The notes under the pieces were generated by a model. That model made no database searches. It was not told the DNA's origin and was given only the letters and a program-made list of their open reading frames with translations. From a virus (Duplodnaviria; Caudoviricetes), in IMG/VR virus record IMGVR_UViG_2974518066_000001, positions 66,139-130,138 of that record: 64,000 nucleotides of DNA; one strand, written 5' to 3'. Position numbers and translations under genes: made by a program. Of the stretch, positions 60,622 to 64,000 are shown piece after piece; within the stretch, counting starts at the first letter, position 1; the number at the start of each line of letters is the position of its first letter.

Positions 60622-63600
60622 ATGATCCAAGCCCGCATTGACACGGCAAGCTCTTGCCTGATCGTCACGGCCGATAACAGCGCCCGATCGGAATTGGCCG
60701 ATGCCTACGCGCTGGGCGGCTATCCGCGCGCTGAAATGCTGGTGATCGACAACTTGCATGAGGCTTTTGAGCTGATCGATCCGGCCGCGCTTGGCGCCCT
60801 CACTGATGCCCCGATCCTCATGGCGTCGGACGATACCGGCATTGACGACGATGGCGCCAGAACCTTCACCGATGGCGCGCCCGTCTACTGGTATCCGAAT
60901 TATTGCATTTCCGATCCGTGGGAAGCGCTCAAAAATACCGGCCGCGTGGTATTTCCCGCCGGTTCCAAGATTGAAGGGAACGCCTAATGCCCACCGCAAT
61001 CGAAACCGCACGCAACGCCGATTTTCAGGCCTGCCCGATCCTTTCCGACTATATCGCGGCCATGTTACAAGATTTGCAATTCTACGAAGCGGACGCGGCT
61101 TGCGAGGAAGAACGCGAGGAACGCGACACCGGCACAATCTATACGCTGGCCGAGTCCGAATATACCAAGTGCAAGGCGGATTGCGAAGCCTTCTATACGG
61201 CCAATCTGGCCGATATTGAGGAGGCGATAAAGCTGGAGCCGGGCGAAGATGGACTCCGCTACGCAAACGGTCGGCACATGACGATGAATCGGATCGGTTA
61301 TTATTTCTACATGACCCGCGTCGGGCATGGCGTGACTTTCACAGACGACGGCGACGCGCCTTGCCTTGAACGTTTGCGGGAAGCTACGAAAAGCGCCGGG
61401 ACGATAGAGACGACGCTAGGGGATGACGGTAGCGTCTACATTATGGGTCCTTACAAGGGCTGATAGGGAAGGGGCTTAGGCCCCTTTTCTTTTGGGCTGG
61501 GCGACCTGTTAACCTTAACGGAATGGCGCGATCCGGTTAACCAAACAAACCAGAAGAAACGGCCTTGACGAATCAGTTTCGAGTCGCCAAACAGTAATGG
61601 CTGCAACGGCGCAGCGGACTTGAAGGAGACTGACAATGCGGACTGTTTATGGTGACAAGCGCGTGGCTCGCCCGGAAAAGCTGGACCGTCGCAACGCCCG
61701 CCGCGCCAAGGTAGCGACCCGCAGGATTTTCGGCTAACACAATCGGCTAGGGAGAATAGCCATGGAAATTATCGCCCACGAAGAAACGCGCGGCGCCCTT
61801 CGTCTTCGCATCATCGTCGATGCCGATCCGATCAACCCCCGCAAGGATTTTGACCACGAAGGCACGGTTATGTGCTGCGATCATCGCCGCTATACGCTGG
61901 GCGACGACGACGCGCACGCCGACGCGGCGGAAATGATCCGCGCCAGCCGCGACTATCGCCCTTCATGGGAAGACGAAGACGGTAAGGCGCTGGACTTTTC
62001 CTATGGTCCCGACTTGTGGGCGGCTATCCAGCTTTGCAGCGACATCGTGGCTCTTCCCTGCTATCTCTATGACCATTCCGGCCTTACTATGTCCACCGGC
62101 CGCTTTTCCTGCCCATGGGATAGCGGACAGGTCGGGTTCATCGCGATGGCCAAGCCCGCGATTCTGGAAGCCCAATGCAAGCCCAAGGGATCGCGCCTTT
62201 CGTCCTTCCTGAAACAGCGCACCGCCGCGCTGCTAAAGGCAGAAGTGGCCGAATATGACCAGTATCTGCGCGGCGATGTCTATGGCTATGTCGTGGACAG
62301 GGTGGACGGCGAAAGCCTCGACGATATGGACTCGTCATGTTGGGGCTTTTTCGGCCTCGACTATGCGACGGAGGAAGGCCGGGAAGCGCTGGAATATATC
62401 GCGGGCAAGCGTCCCGACCTTGCCAACATGACGGCCGATCAGGTCGAGGAAATGGAAGGATAAGGGGAAGGGCCGAAAGGCCCTTTTTCTTTACCCGAAA
62501 GCCTTTGTTAACCTTAACGGGATCGCGACAGAAATTAATAATTGAACCAGAAGAAGAAGCCTTGACGAATCAGTTTCGAGTCGCCAAAAAGGAGTCACCG
62601 AACAACGGGAGACACCAAATGGACGAACTGATGTATCTGCTGGGCGACCGCGAAGAAAACCGCGTCGCATATCTGGCCTGTCTGATCCGCGAGCGCGGCA
62701 AGATCGACGGCGAAACCATCGCGCCGCATATCGCCTGCGCCGTCGCCGACAAGCTGGCCAGCGTCGCCGGACTCATCAAGCCGCTTTGCGAAGAGGCTTG
62801 CAACACAGGGCTGGACGCTTGCCGAGATATGACGCTGGTGCGTCTGGAGGCGACTTTCCAGCGTATCGCCGAGCTGGTCGGTTTCTCGCCCCGCACCGGC
62901 GGCGATCCGCGTGGCGCTTGCGCCTATATCATCGACCCCGCCAAGCCGCGCGACGGTGACGGATGGGGCGAAGGCTGGGCAGTCTACCGCTAATGGGGCT
63001 GCTAGAGGGAATCACGCGCCTGCTAACCGGCATCCTTATGTTGGTATTTGCAGCGGGCGTTGTCTGAAACGGGAGGGGCTTAGCGGCCCCTCTTTTTTCG
63101 CCTGAAAAACTATCGAGCAAAGCCATTTTGCGCGCGTAGGGGGAAAGCCTGCCCATAGCGGCCCTGTAGTGCCCTGACAGGGCCGATCAGGGCTTAGCCG
63201 CCCCTTGCCTAGTCCAGCACGCTCGCACGCTTCCAAGCCCTGTGTATGGGGCTGGATTGCACGCTATCCGGCACGCTTGCCGCATGGCGATTTTTTGCGT
63301 GGAACCGAAGAAAGGGCCTTTACGAATCAAATCCGACTCGATACAAGGGGACATCAACCACGGAGACTGACCCATGCGGAACTCGATGCCCCTCTTCACC
63401 GTCCTCAAGAACAAGGTTGTCGTTGGTCAGGTTTCGGCTGTTTCGCTGGAGCAGGCCAAGGGCCGCGCCTACGGTCGCTTCGGCCGTTGCGAAGTGATCG
63501 CCAATGGCAACGTCCCCATGGACGCTAAGGGCCGCCACGCCGATTGCTTCACCCATGGCCGCCGCCCCTACGCCACGCCGGGCTTCGAGGAACGCCGCGC

Positions 63601-63634
63601 CGCACTGATCGCCGAATTTAAGGCGGCCCAATAA
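60622..63634 (+). CDS. early small genes (60622-60987, 60987-61463, 61762-62463, 62619-62993, 63374-63634)
   Basis: RBSs; YDHSG..WDSGQVG..DSSCWGFFG motif in 61762; GGDPRG motif in 62619. Confidence 0.7.
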
Positions 63635-63687
63635 GGGCCGCCGCAAGGCACTAGGCGCCACGCATTAAGGTTAAGGAGGCAAACCCA

Positions 63688-63828
63688 ATGGATATGAATC
63701 GCATCATCGGAACGCTTGTGTCTGGCTTTGCGTGTAAGGCCTATGCGCTGGCCCTTGGCGTTTGGATCGCAAGCGAAGCGATGGCCAGTCTTTCCAACGT
63801 TGCGGCGCGCGTCGCTGGCGTCATGTAG
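63688..63828 (+). CDS. 46-aa hydrophobic peptide
   Basis: AAGGAGG RBS, single hydrophobic helix. Confidence 0.55.
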   Translation: MDMNRIIGTLVSGFACKAYALALGVWIASEAMASLSNVAARVAGVM

Positions 63829-64000
63829 CGCCAGCGAATCGACTCGGCGGAGTATCACGCGAAAAATTTTCGGAGGGGAGGGTTCCCTTGACGGGTATCC
63901 CCTTACCCGAAAAAATCGCCCCTGTAAGTGCCGGGATGAGCAAGTAGAAGGTGACATTGACACAGAACTGTGTTATCGTCACTAACCATGACGCATTTCA

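Larger units (their letters stand above)
55389..63374 (+). repeat. about 10 copies of a promoter/RBS cassette (GTTAAC boxes, ACCAGAAGAAA, CCTTGACGAATC, TCACCGAAACGGGAGACAC)
   Basis: copies near 55413, 56602, 57591, 57941, 58848, 59916, 60431, 61548, 62545, 63303, mostly preceded by terminator hairpins. Confidence 0.9.

Noticed and set aside
55389-63374. CRISPR array or integron
   Set aside because: The repeats are promoters separated by whole genes; no cas genes, integron integrase or attC-like sites

Overview
This is a 64-kb piece of a large, GC-rich, probably temperate alphaproteobacterial phage (phiCbK-like organisation; an Alphaproteobacteria host is inferred from the permuted tmRNA and GANTC-rich promoters). 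Layout: (1) 0.5-5.2 kb, 26 tRNA genes in three sigma70 operons that split the 20 amino acids with no overlap, mixed with structured ncRNAs, a lipoprotein and an HNH gene; (2) tail genes, more ncRNAs and a permuted two-piece tmRNA apparently interrupted by a LAGLIDADG ORF; (3) primase-helicase, dCMP deaminase, RtcB, membrane/holin-like genes, a metallophosphoesterase and an HTH-sigma4 protein; (4) a long minus-strand block with attP (3' half of tRNA-Arg CCG), tyrosine integrase, an NAD salvage pair (Nampt + NadM-Nudix) and about 50 small genes; (5) a candidate origin, RuvC, TerS and TerL; (6) a repeat-rich junction followed by about 10 repeated terminator-promoter-ORF cassettes (likely terminal repeat/early region). 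Best candidate for a new system: tRNA operons 2 and 3 each start with a short leader peptide whose core uses only, and all of, the amino acids decoded by the tRNAs in that operon (MFT-RFGKRDRREGERGF-SL before the K,K,G,D,E,E,G,R,F tRNAs; MF-TQTTLLTQCHYWQLLSSSSL before the S,Y,L,L,T,H,Q,S,C,W tRNAs). Each leader is followed by an antiterminator segment, the first tRNA and an intrinsic terminator. This looks like ribosome-mediated attenuation that would switch on phage tRNA supply when the matching host tRNAs run short. All calls were made by eye, with no database searches.
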